Shown piece after piece: positions 1 to 12,924 of a stretch of 64,000 nt of DNA; position 1 is the stretch's first letter; the number at the start of each line of letters is the position of its first letter. The stretch lies in assembly GCF_009914755.1 (NCBI RefSeq), contig NC_060927.1. The stretch is one strand, 5' to 3'. This stretch comes from the human T2T-CHM13v2.0 reference genome, Homo sapiens. The position numbers and the translations under genes were made by a program. The notes beneath the pieces were generated by a model. That model saw only the letters and a list, made by a program, of their open reading frames with translations, was not told the origin of the DNA and ran no database searches.

Positions 1-44
1 TCCTAAAGTGCTGGAATTACAGGCATGAGCTAGCACACCCAGCC
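1..44 (-). mobile_element. Alu 5' end (truncated by window edge)
   Basis: aaagtgctggaattacaggcatgagc...cccagcc. Confidence 0.85.
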
Positions 45-750
45 AAAACTCTTTTCCAATAACACTCCTTTCCCCAGAATTATTATGACTGCTTTAGTGA
101 TAAAATACATCACATTTTCATTACATGTTATTAACAAACTCTAAGAAGATAAAGCACAAAAACCATTTTGTAATCTCCTTAAAGAGATACACTAGGCTAT
201 TCCTTTTCAAATAATTATGAATCTGTCATTTATTGCAGATAACTTCTTAGGCATTAAATATAAAGGAGGGAGCATGCTATAGCCCAAATAGGAAACATTT
301 CATCAAACAGCAGCACTAAATACCCTACAACACGAAGAAGTAAGACAGGCAGCATCTTTCCAATCTGCCTGTGAAATCTATCATTAGGCTCTTAGAAAAC
401 ACAGTACAAACAATGGTAATGTTACTAAAATAACTATCACACAGTAAACAAGTAACACTCAGAAGGACCTAACCACACGCCAATCGCCTTTCCTCCTTAC
501 ACTGTACACTTAAGAAAATACATTTTATAATATATATATTTTTTACCACAATAAAAGAAAAATGAGGGGGGAGTCACCTGGCTGGTGTAAGGGAGTCTGA
601 GAGAGGAGGTTACTCCTGTTTCTATTTTCCTAAAACTTTGCATAATAATGTCAATTGTGATTTGCACATAAAATTTGGCGATTCTATTATTTACACTTAA
701 AATTATTTATAGTGTCATCACAGACCCGTACCTCAAAGTCTTATTTTTAG

Positions 751-1643
<893 letters not shown>

Positions 1644-1689
1644 ACAAAATTATTTTCTGAACATTTTAATATTCTAATAATAATATTAA

Positions 1690-2160
1690 CAATGACTAAA
1701 GCTGAGTACTTACTATCTGCCAGGCACCATTCTTAAGTCCTTACAATAATCCTATGAAGAAGGAATTAATATTATCTGTGATGAAAGATAAAGAAAGTGG
1801 GAATTGAACCCAGGCATTTTGATTAAAAGGCACATACTATCAAACATTAAATCCACCATATATACATATGTATATTTTCTTATTCTCTATCATCATAACC
1901 AGTATCTGAACAATGGAATAAAAATAACAACCCCCATCAACAAAGTGCTATACCATGCCAAGCTCTTTGCATATTTTAACTCTAGTCCTCGTAATAGCTC
2001 TATACATTAACTATTATCATTGTCATTGTCATTGTCCAATGACAAGGATATCACTGTCAAGGATACTGGGCCCAGCTAAATTAAGTGACTTGTCCAAAGC
2101 CTCACAGCTGTTGTGTGGCAGAATCAGGATTTAAATTAAGGCATGTTTGTCTGCAGGCTG
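1690..2160 (-). mobile_element. MIR fragments
   Basis: tactatctgccaggcacc..., aagtgacttgtccaaagcctcacagct...ggcagaatcaggatt resemble the MIR core. Confidence 0.65.
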
Positions 2161-3654
2161 CCTTCCCCTTTCTTACTTATGAAAAGAAAAAGAAAAAAAA
2201 AAAAAGACCAAATGTTCTTATTTGGGTTTGGGAAAAGCAGATGGGAAAGTATAAGAAATTCGTGGGAATAAAAGAATGAACTGCAAGAGCTGAGCACCCA
2301 GGAGTTAAGCTAGCCCTGCCTGCGGAGTGCACTGTTTGCAGGGCCTTCCTGCTGGATTCCTGATGGTAGCAAATTCCAGGGCTCCAGACTGCAGGCTCAG
2401 CCTCTGACTAACACTGCAGTGATTTATTTGAGGATAAATACCTCTGTCAGTGTCTTATGACAGAACACAACAGTCCAAGCTGACTGGAACGAGCGGAATG
2501 CGAGGACGCTGGAGCTGAGGCAGTAGAGGCGGGAGCTGGGCCACCTCTCTGCGGAAACTCTGCCTCCAAGGAGGAGCCCTCACAGGAAGGTATTCCTGTG
2601 GGGAAACAGCAGTGCCCTCAGGAACTGGAGCATCTTGAATAATGAGGAAACACTGACTCATGCTAGAGTGAGCGCTTGGGAAGGGGGAAGGAGGAGGACC
2701 TCTGTACCTGCACACACAAAGCTACTCCCTCCAATACTCAGTGCAACCTTGCCAGGATTGGCAAGATAACTCCAAGAACACCAACCGCCCTCACCACTGT
2801 ACCCGTAGACTCTCTGGGCAGCTGGTGGGGCGTCTCCAAGTCCTGAAAACTGGGGAGAAGCCTCTCCCTCTGCGAGGAGGGTGTGTGCCGAGAGGAGAGT
2901 GCAAAGGGGAGAAGCCGGGTGCACGGAAGCGGGAGGCTTTTCCAGTGGAAACATGGTGACGTTGCACAGATTCAGGGATCTGTGGTTTCAGCCCGTGTTT
3001 CACAAATAACAAAACTGAGGCCCAAAGAGTTGAAGCAATTCGTGTCAAGAAGGTAGACAGTGTCAGTGGCAGATCAAGGACTGGCTGGATGTGGTGAGTG
3101 GCACCTTGTCATGAGCATAGGAAGCTGGCTTCCCTTTATGGGAAGGTCCCAAGTTTGTACCAGGGGCACATAAGGTGGGATGAACACTTCTTCGTGTGTA
3201 CAATCCTAGACTCCTGAGTAAGAACTTTACAGACGTCTGCTTGGTCAAAAAGGTGCTGAGCTTCCCTTCTATTTGTCTGGTGCACAGTGACATTCACTAA
3301 ATGTTGATTCTCCTAAAAACAATCAATATGTATGGGCAAAAAAAAGCGAAGCTTAGCAGATGACTACTCGACTGCTCGCAGAAGCTCTAAGGGGACATTA
3401 ACTTCTATGGAGTTTAACATGCGGAAGGTCCTACAAGTAGGCTGGAGGGAAGCCAGACTTCCACCTCACCGCGAGTTATCAAAATGAGTTTACTACCTTC
3501 TTTTTGGCAGATGAATACTATTTTTCTTTTGTAAATAATATCCTTTTCAAATAAAGTATGCAAATGATAACATCAGAATTAGCACAAAGTTGCAAAACAA
3601 ATAAGGCCCCAGCACGGAGCACCCTTAAGCCAAAATAAGAACAGAGGAACTCAC

Positions 3655-3844
3655 AGATGGGGGTTGAAGATGCGACTCATTTTGGAGACGTGGTCGTTGT
3701 CACAGTCTAGGTCCTCGTCACCTGGCTCCATGCTGAACTTCCTCTTGCTGGGGCTGATTGGGGGAGGGCCGGTGCGGTGACTGCTGAGGGCAGAGGCCAC
3801 CGGCAGGGTCTGCATTCTGGGTTCTCCCCTGAGAGCAGCTTCGC
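3655..3844 (-). CDS. VGLL4: VGLL4 shared internal coding exon (190 nt): (G)EAALRGEPRMQTLPVASALSSHRTGPPPISPSKRKFSMEPGDEDLDCDNDHVSKMSRIFNPH(L)
   Basis: Acceptor TCTCTCTGCGTAG|GC at 3845/3844 and donor CT|GTGAGT at 3655/3654. The translation matches the known VGLL4 sequence. Confidence 0.97.
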
Positions 3845-6800
3845 CTACGCAGAGAGAGATGATGTAGTCACTAAGCAGGAGAAAGGCCCCCATCTCAGTC
3901 CCCCAGGCTCCCCGCCCGCCCAGCCAGCCCCTTACAAAACTACTCCCAGTGGAAAGTTTTTGGCAATGGGACGGGGCCGCCTGCCATCCTCTGAACATGG
4001 TTTGAGTGTGGTTAGCTGCCAACCATGAGACATTTTACATCAACGTGGTTTTCTAGCACAGTCACTCTTTAGGGTAGAGTTTAAAATAAAAAGTTGCAAT
4101 AAAATAGCAGGGGGGAGGCAAAAAGCATTTTCTGTAAACAATTTCAAAAGTTAATTTAAAACACCAAAGGTCTTTTCACGTGTGGGTATTCCACTCGATA
4201 CAGATAGGAGAATGACCTCACTGCATTCATGAAACCACTATGCCCAACTCACTTTTCCTGCTTGTTCTGTTTTTTTTTTCTAATATAGTCTTGGTATTTA
4301 ATTTCTTTTAAAAGAATGAGGAAAGTGTGTGGGCTAACAGTTCACACATTTGTACCGAAAGTTAAAAGAAATATAAATACATCGTTTAATGGGAAATAAA
4401 TGTTTAATTCTTACAGTACGCTAAATATTGCACATTAAAATATTATCAGCACAAAGCTTCGGCATATAACTTATCGCAAGCATAATACGTGGGTAGGTGC
4501 AGTTCTGAAACATGTTTCGAAGTTAGGCAATCAAATTAGGGTCCACATTTCCATTTGATTTGACATCTTGGCGTTTTTCATTATTATTTTAAAAGGTTTT
4601 GTACTAGGCAATCACTTTGTGCCTCGCTGTGAATTAAAATAAGCATAGCCTTTCATAGTAATAAAGCTTGTGTACCTTCTAAACTTTATAAAGACGAATG
4701 ATTACTTTAAGAGAAAACTTCAAACTTTCTAAGTCACATGGGGGGAGCACCTAAATTTTTCACAAATAATAACCCTTTTGTTGTGCTGTACATTTTGGTC
4801 TCTCGGACCTGACCAATTTTCTTTCCATTTGGTCACAATTTGAGAGTAATACGAGGATAAAGTCAACTTCATCCGAGGCCTTGTGGTACCTAAGAAAAGG
4901 AATCTTTGTTTGCCACCACTAATTTTCATATCATCACAGATGTGTGGACAGTGTTAACAGTCATTTACTTCATACACATATGACAAATATGATTTTGTTG
5001 GAGAAAGGAGTGAGGAAAAACCCTCTGAATATTTACCAGGAAAAATAAAAACTTGGCCAATTTACTCAGCAAGATATAAACTAGCAAATATACAGTGACC
5101 CATAATACACCTCCAGCCAGGATTTCTTTTAAGGATTCTGGCCCCAAAGCAAACTGGAACTTTCCATTTTAAATGAGATACCTAAAACACAGGCCTCACG
5201 CTGGCCTGCCACACTCAGAAATTCAGTATGATCTTGGTTGGCCTATACTCCCTATTTAGTAATTTTCATTTTAAAAAACAAAAAAAGCAGTGCTCATCTT
5301 TATACCTTCATAAATTAGAAAAATATCCTTTCTAATTATCTCCGTTATTTGTGATACTTCCTCCTCCACAAAGAGAGAAGAGGGTGTTTCCAAGGGAAAG
5401 CTTCAGAAGCCCAAGCCCAGCTAACTTTCTGGGAAGCCCTGATGATACCCCCAGGAACGCAGCAACTGCAAATCAAACCTCATCAAAATGGCACCAGCTG
5501 ACCCTCCTCTCCACCCAGGGTTTCTCAACACCCCTGGCAGGATGCGAGGGGATGAGGAGTCCTCGGGCTTGGACCCCCGAACTGTGGTCATCATTTCATC
5601 AGATGCCAGCTGTGTAGCAACAAGAGTTGCTATGGAAAACAACCACTACAGCAACAGACTGAAATCACTCCAAAAAAGGAGCCGTCACTCATTCCACCAG
5701 CATACACTGTGACGCGGAAAGCAAAACCCTTGGGTTAAGAACAACATTCCCACTCCCCTCCCCAGTTTCCATCCTAGTAAAAATTCTCGTGCTTGTTTGC
5801 ATTTTTAAGTTCATCCAACGGATGCAGTGCTTATCTTTAAGACTGAATCACTGATGTCTAACATCGAAAAAAATTCCACAAGAATCCTCAGAAAACACTG
5901 GAGATTTCTAACCCACGGGTGGGGGTGGGACCGGGGCTGGGGCTACAGGCCCCATGAAGGCACTCCAGGTGTCCTTCACCAGGGACTGTGACAGACGCCT
6001 CCACCAGGTCCCGGGGAGACGGTGGTAAATGCGTGCTGTAGTACTTCAGCATCTCAGCTTGCTGGCGCCGGAAGGAGCCCAGGAAGCACGGTTTGCCTCA
6101 TTTGATGGATGACGAAGCTGTGCCCCAAAACATAGCGTGACTTACCCAAGATCCTCCAGTTAACAGGTTAGCTGGAGGCAAGAACCCATGGCCTCTGCAA
6201 TCAGACAACGCCTCATCCTAAGACTGTGCAGCCTCACACAAGGCTTACAGCAAAGGAAAAGAATCCGCACATAAGGTCAGGGACAGGTCCGTTCAGTTAT
6301 GTGCCTTTATGCATCTTTGGGGCCCCTCCCTAGATGGCCCTAACCCAACACTTGTATTTTAGACAAGAGTGGTAACTGTTGTATGTGTGGTGGGGTTAAA
6401 ATTATTTTTGTAAAACTGAAGCAGACATTTGTTCTGGGAGATAAGACACTTGCATTGCAATCTTGACTCCTCCTTTATTTAGGATGGGGTGAATTTGGGC
6501 ACGTGCTTCCCCTCTCTGGGCCTCCCTCCATACAACAAGGGGCTGGACTAGCTAATGTGTCATGTTCTTTCCAGCTCTTAGAATTACTGATGCAATTCTA
6601 TGATCAACAAGTGACCAACCAACTAACCAACATTTACAAAGAAATTGTTACTTGTGTAATGGTGAACTAAGACAGCAAAACTCAAGGTATGTACCTCAGA
6701 TGTTATTCATCGAAAAAAACAAGGGTGACCCTGGGGTCAAATAAATTTGGAAACCGTGAGATTGAACAACTTTTACAGGAGTTTAACTACAGGCCTTTCT

Positions 6801-6857
6801 GTCTTCTAATGCATCTCAGTCTCTGAGATGGAAACCCCGCAGGGCTGCTTTCCATCC

Positions 6858-7107
6858 CCCGCCACGCCCCCGCCCACCCCCAATCCTCCACAGCTCTGTG
6901 AATTCCATCTTCCAAAGCGCCCCCACGCCCACCCCCCACCCCCAATCCTCCACAGCTCTGTGAATTCCATCTTCCAAAGCGCCCCCACGCCCACCCCCCA
7001 CCCCCAATCCTCCACAGCTCTGTGAATTCCATCTTCCAAAGCGCCCCCACGCCCACCCCCCACCCCCAATCCTCCACAGCTCTGTGAATTCCATCTTCCA
7101 AAGCGCC
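6858..7107. repeat. 62-bp minisatellite (VNTR), ~4 near-perfect copies
   Basis: Unit ccccaatcctccacagctctgtgaattccatcttccaaagcgcccccacgcccaccccccac repeats with period 62. Confidence 0.95.
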
Positions 7108-7735
7108 ATTCTCAGCATGTTGGCCCATCCTCACCCCAGATATCCAGTGACTGCAGACTTCTTCTGCATTCGAAACCCCAACTGCCTTTCTCATTTTTAT
7201 TCCTAGTATTCCTCTTTATGAGCCCTGAAAATTTCAGCCCAATAAGTTAAACTAGACTCATCACCATTCCACAGAGAACTTGTTCTTCCCCCAATCTTCT
7301 CATTTAAGTTCATACATCCTGCAAAACCACTTAAAATGCCTCCTCCATCAGGCTGTCCTCCTTGATTCCTCCAGCTGAAGGTCATCTCCTCTTCCTCTGA
7401 ACATCTATAGAAACTTATCACTCTGGTGCTTCCCTCCCTACTTTATTTTGTGCTCCTGGAGGCAGGTGGCATTTAATTCATTTAATAAACCTGACAGTGC
7501 AGAGCACAACTGACCTACTGAATCAATGAGGCAAGGTGACAGGGTGGGCAGTTTACAGAGCTTTAGGATATGTTAAAGATCAAAGATGCTATAGAATAAG
7601 GAGTGTTTAAAGATCTATTTAAAAATATAAGAACTCTTACAACAATTAAAAAGATAACAAAAAATAGAAAAGGATCTAAATAGGCATTTCCGAAGAGAAG
7701 ATACGAAAATAGCCAATAAGCACGTGGAAAGATGT

Positions 7736-8090
7736 TGTATTAGTCTGTTCTCACGTTGCTGATAAAGACATACCCGAGACTGGGTAATTTATAAAGAGAA
7801 AGAGGCTTGATGGATTCATAGTTCCACATGCCTGGGGAGGCCTCACAATCACGGAGGAAGCCGAAAGGCATGTCTTACATGATGACAGACGAGAGAATGA
7901 GAATGAGAGAAAGGGGTGTTCCCTTATAAAACCATCAGATCTTGTGAGACTTACTACCACGGGTACAGTATGGGGGGAAACCGCCCCCACGATTCAGTTA
8001 TCTCCCACCAGGTCCCTCCCACAACACGTGGGAATTATGGGAGCTACAATTCAAGATGAGATTGGGTGGGGACACTGCCAAACCATATCA
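7736..8090 (-). mobile_element. THE1 (MaLR) solo LTR
   Basis: tgtattagtctgttctc...aaagacatacccgagactggg...aaaccatatca, 5-bp TSD gatgt (7731-7735, 8091-8095). Confidence 0.9.
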
Positions 8091-8256
8091 GATGTCCAAC
8101 ATCGTCAGCCATCAAGGAAATGCGAATCAATACCACAAAGAGATACCACTAACACCTGTTAGGATGGCTATGATCAAAAGACAATACAAAAGTGTTAGCA
8201 AGGATGTGGAGAAGCTGGAACACGTGTACGCTGCTGGTAGAATTGTAAAGTGGCAT

Positions 8257-8764
8257 TGAGAGGTGAAGCCAGCTGGACTTGTAGGTTGGGTGAGGACTTG
8301 GAGAACTTTTCTGTCTTACAAGAGGATTGTAAAATGCACCATCAGCACCCTGTAGCTAGGATTGTAAAATGCACCCAATCAGTGCTCTGTGGCTAGCTAG
8401 AAGTTTGTAAAATGTGCCAATCAACACTCTGTAAAAACACATCAATCAGCTCTCTGTGGCTAGCTAAAGGTTTGTAAAATGGACCAATCAGCACTCTGTA
8501 AAATGGACCAATGAGCAGGACATAGGCAGGGACAAATAAGGGAATAAAAGCTGGCCACTCCAGCCAGCAGCAGCAACCCACTCGAGTCCCCTTCCACGCT
8601 GTGGAAGCTTTGTTCCTTTGCTCTTCACAATAAATCTTGCTGCTGCTCACTCTTTGGGTCCGTGCCACCTTTAAGAGCTGTAACACTCACCGCGAAGGTC
8701 CCCAGCTTCATTCTTGAAGTCAGCGAGACCAAGAACCCACCAGAAGGAACCAACTCCGGACACA
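8257..8764 (+). mobile_element. LTR12F-like (ERV9 family) solo LTR
   Basis: tgagaggtgaagccagctggac...tandem ccaatcagc repeats...ccaactccggacaca, 4-bp TSD gcat. Confidence 0.88.
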
Positions 8765-10464
8765 GCATGGCCATGGTGGAAAACAGTCTGACAGCTCCTC
8801 AACTGATGAAACACAGAGTTACCACATAACCTAGCAATTCTAGTCCTGGGTACATAACCAAGAGAAATGAAAACATGTCCACACAAAAGCTTGTACATGC
8901 ATGTTCATAGCAGCATTATTAAAATAGCTAAATAGTGGAAACAACCAAAATGTCCATCAACTAACAGATGTAAAAAATGAAATATCCATGATGTAATATT
9001 ATGCAGCTATAAAAAGGAGTAAGATACTGATTCATGCCATGACACAGATGAACCTAGAAAACAGTATGCTGAATGAAGGAAAGCAGACACAAAAGGCCAC
9101 CTACTGTCTGATTCCACTTCTATGAAATGTCAGAAGAGGGAGGCTCACAGGTAGAAAGCAGGTGAGTCGGTGCTGGGGGCTGGGAGAAGGGGGAATGGGA
9201 GGTGACAGTTCACGGGTGGCAGGTTTCTTTGGGGGAATGACAAAAACCTTCTAAAATTGATTGTGATAAAAGTTGCATAACTCTAAATATGCTAAAAACC
9301 ACTGAAGTGTATTGTAGACTTTAAATGGGTGAATTGTATAGTATGTGAATTATGTCTCAGTAGAAATGTTACCTCTTCCTCCTCCAAAATAAGAATATAT
9401 TTATAAGCAGTATAAGGCTCCAATATCATTAGATTCTTTTTTCTCTCAGGCTTTTCACACTAAACTATTAAACAATTAAGAACAGGCATTCGTGAATTTC
9501 CCCAGAAATAAAAACAAACCTTTTGTTATTACAGTTACATCTCCCTAGAATATTAAAGTCAGATAATTTTTAAAACATTATTTATTAAGCTAAAAAAAGT
9601 CAAATCAGTGAAACACTTGAAGTGACTTAGGCTCTTGGATTCATCAGATCCTATAAAGCTGCAGCTCAGCTTTTAATCAGTGTGTCGAGTGCCTGTGACA
9701 CACTGAAGGCTGTGCAAAGTACTGTCACAAAAATACATGATGAAATGTATACAGACCCTGACCACAAGGGTGGGAGGCAAAAGCACATACACCAAAAGGA
9801 ACTTATCTTGGGAGTGCAAGAGGCTTTTTCCTCTTGTTCTAACATGTATTCGAAATTTCACAATGGTCTGGCAATTGAAAAAGGAGAAAAGATTACCTTT
9901 CTTTTTCAAGAATAAACAGAAGGAAGATTTGAGCTGAGTAACCCCGTATTTTAAGCTTTACAAGTTGGCTTAACTACAACTGTCAGTTTTACTTCTTTCA
10001 AATTCCCAATGACAACTAAAGAAGTTTTATTTTTTAAATGTATTTGGCCTTTTACATGAAGATAATTTTATCTAGGCACACGTTAGAAAAATGCCTAGAT
10101 AAAATGAAGAAAAATGCCGAATATATACAAAATTAACTCCTGTGGTTTTTTGGCATGGTGGCAATTCTAACACATGGATCAATAATATTCCTTCAAATTT
10201 CCCCAAAGAAGATAAGCAAAGATTTTGGCCTAAGGTTTCACAAGAATCAGCATGTTTATTTCAATGGCCGAGAAGTTTAACAGAGAGAAATGAAAAAAGA
10301 GAATCACCTCGCTTTATGCTGTGCTGTAATATGATTTTGACAAAATATCACAAGAAAATTCTGCTTTCAAAGTCAAAATAGAAAGAGGGGAGGAGGACAG
10401 GGAGGAACCGTGGAAAATGTAACCCCACTGTAATCCTGTCATTACCATATCTCAAAGATTCTAA

Positions 10465-10928
<464 letters not shown>

Positions 10929-12016
10929 TAACCTCTGTTTCTTTACTCACAAAATTAAGTGGTTTGATTAGATCATCTTGACAGCCTCCTTTTGGCTCTA
11001 ATGGACTACATCTTCCATAAGAGATACATCTTCTAAAGTTAAGTTTCCTTTTACTGCTCATCAAGAAATACTTCCCAAACTTTTACAGAACACACTTTAC
11101 ATAGTGGTAGAAAAAGCAGATTCAACAAAGCAATCAACTAACAAAATTTTTTGAGATTAGCTAATTATTAGCATCTCATGATTAAGGGAGATTTCATTAA
11201 AAAACAAGGACTCTTCTAGTTCTCAAAGTTCCAGCAACATTCATTTATTCGAATACTACAAGAAAGTTGTAGCCAGCTGAAACCTGGACAAATAGAATCT
11301 GGTTCACCAAATGCAGATTCGATTTTCATAGAACAGAACAATCAAGGCCATGACCTTCAACACAGAGATGGGGCGAGTGATTGGGTTTCAGGGGGATTAA
11401 TGGACTCTCCCAGGGATAAGGCGGCGTTAGCAATGGGAACCCGGGTCTCGGCCACATGGCCCCTCACCAACTGTGCAGGCCCATCGCCAGACTGGGGTGT
11501 GGGCTGCATGGGAGGCGATGGCATGGCTCTGAGCAATTAACCAAAATAATGGTATTTATGGGCATTTTCTGGAGATTAGACCAACAGCACAGGGTGAAAT
11601 GAGAATGTCTTTATGGAGAAGGAGAGGGTAAACTACAGTCAAATGTATCTTGCTGTAACTTTTAAGGATAGATTTTTGACAAAGATCTCTATGCCGTGCC
11701 GAACAGAGAGTTTAAGTCCACAACTTAAATCTCCGCTGTGTCTAAGGCTTTACGTTCAGCCCCCCTCCCAGCCCCTTTATCATGTTTGAACCTAAATCAA
11801 AGAAGCAAAACCATAGCTCGGTCGGCCAAGCCAGCCGCGCTGCACTGATGTGTCTCCTTCAGGCTGACCACAGCCCATGGCAACCGACTGACATCATGTC
11901 CTGGCGAGAGGGCACCCTGGTAAGAGGACCCTGCTCCCAGATTCCACGCCCCTCTCACATCTCACCCTCTCATCACTGTGCAGGGCAGAAGCCCCCGGCA
12001 GCCAGGGCTTACTCAC

Positions 12017-12145
12017 TTTCTTTCAAATAATACTTCTTTGTCTCACGGTCGAGCAGCTGGGGAGAAGACACCGTGAAGTCAATCTCCTTCAAATTGTTCA
12101 ACTTGTGGCTAGCCCCATTCTGGCTCACTTTTTTCTTTTTTTATA
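12017..12145 (-). promoter_or_regulatory. Candidate internal TATA promoter and short alternative first exon of VGLL4
   Basis: Minus strand TATAAAA at 12145-12139, followed ~125 nt later by donor GAAA|GTGAGTAAGC. Locally CpG-enriched non-repeat DNA. Confidence 0.5.
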
Positions 12146-12924
12146 GGACGCCCATTGCAATGCGAGCCGGCAGATAAAAGCCCTGACGTGCTGTCTGCCC
12201 AAGCGCAAGGATCGCCTGCAATCCCCCAGCCCTTGGGTGGCAACACAAAGCACCTCTCATACTATAATGCTCTGGGCGGCCCCAGGCTCAGCTCTAATCG
12301 TGCAGAGCCTGACCTCGCCTTGGGGGAGCCGGCTGGACTGGGAAGGGCTGTGCAGGGTCCACACCCTGGACTGGGCTTGGTTTGAGCAGCTCTACTCTTT
12401 TTGTTTAAGAGCAAAGATGAGATTGTGTTGAGAGAGTACAGCCTCTATCTTGGACTGCTAATAATATAGATAAGGATAACAACAGCACAATAAAACTGGT
12501 AGAAGTGAAGCATATGCCATCTTCACTAGAATTTCAAGGAATCTAAATCATTTCATACACACTATACTTTGTAGAAGCCTTCCTGTATCTTCTATGAGTG
12601 TGTTTTATTTTATAAGCATATTACAACATGATCTATTGTTCTGACTTTTCTTAATGCAGCCCTGTGAGGGAGGCGGGGAAGAAGAGCTCCCGCCTTGCAG
12701 CCGGGGAAACTAGTGTTTCAAGAATTAAGTGAATTTCTCAAGGTCGCAAAGCTGATTAATGGAAGCACTGGAAGTAGAAACCTGGGATTTAGACTCCCCA
12801 ACTTCCATCATCTTTCTAGGTGTGCAAGATGCTTCACTGGTTGAGGAAAATAAATGGGAGGAAGACAGTTGAGGAGGGAGGAAGGCGGAGAAGAGAGGGG
12901 GAGGGGGCGGGAGGAAGGGGAGCT

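Larger units (their letters stand above)
7620..9370 (+). mobile_element. L1M (L1MB-like) 3' fragment interrupted by two solo LTRs
   Basis: L1 ORF2-end/3'UTR-like text (gaagatacgaaaatagccaataagcac..., cagcattatt...atagctaaa..., gggtgaattgtatagtatgtgaattat) resumes after each LTR. Confidence 0.8.

Noticed and set aside
3845-4022. N-terminal part of the 123-aa ORF 3651..4022
   Set aside because: It lies upstream of the clear splice acceptor at 3845. It is intronic read-through, not part of VGLL4 protein.
6858-7107. CRISPR-like array
   Set aside because: Units are contiguous and identical with no unique spacers; this is a eukaryotic minisatellite
6787-7194. Repetitive ORFs in several frames (up to 135 aa)
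   Set aside because: Artefact of the stop-poor 62-bp VNTR
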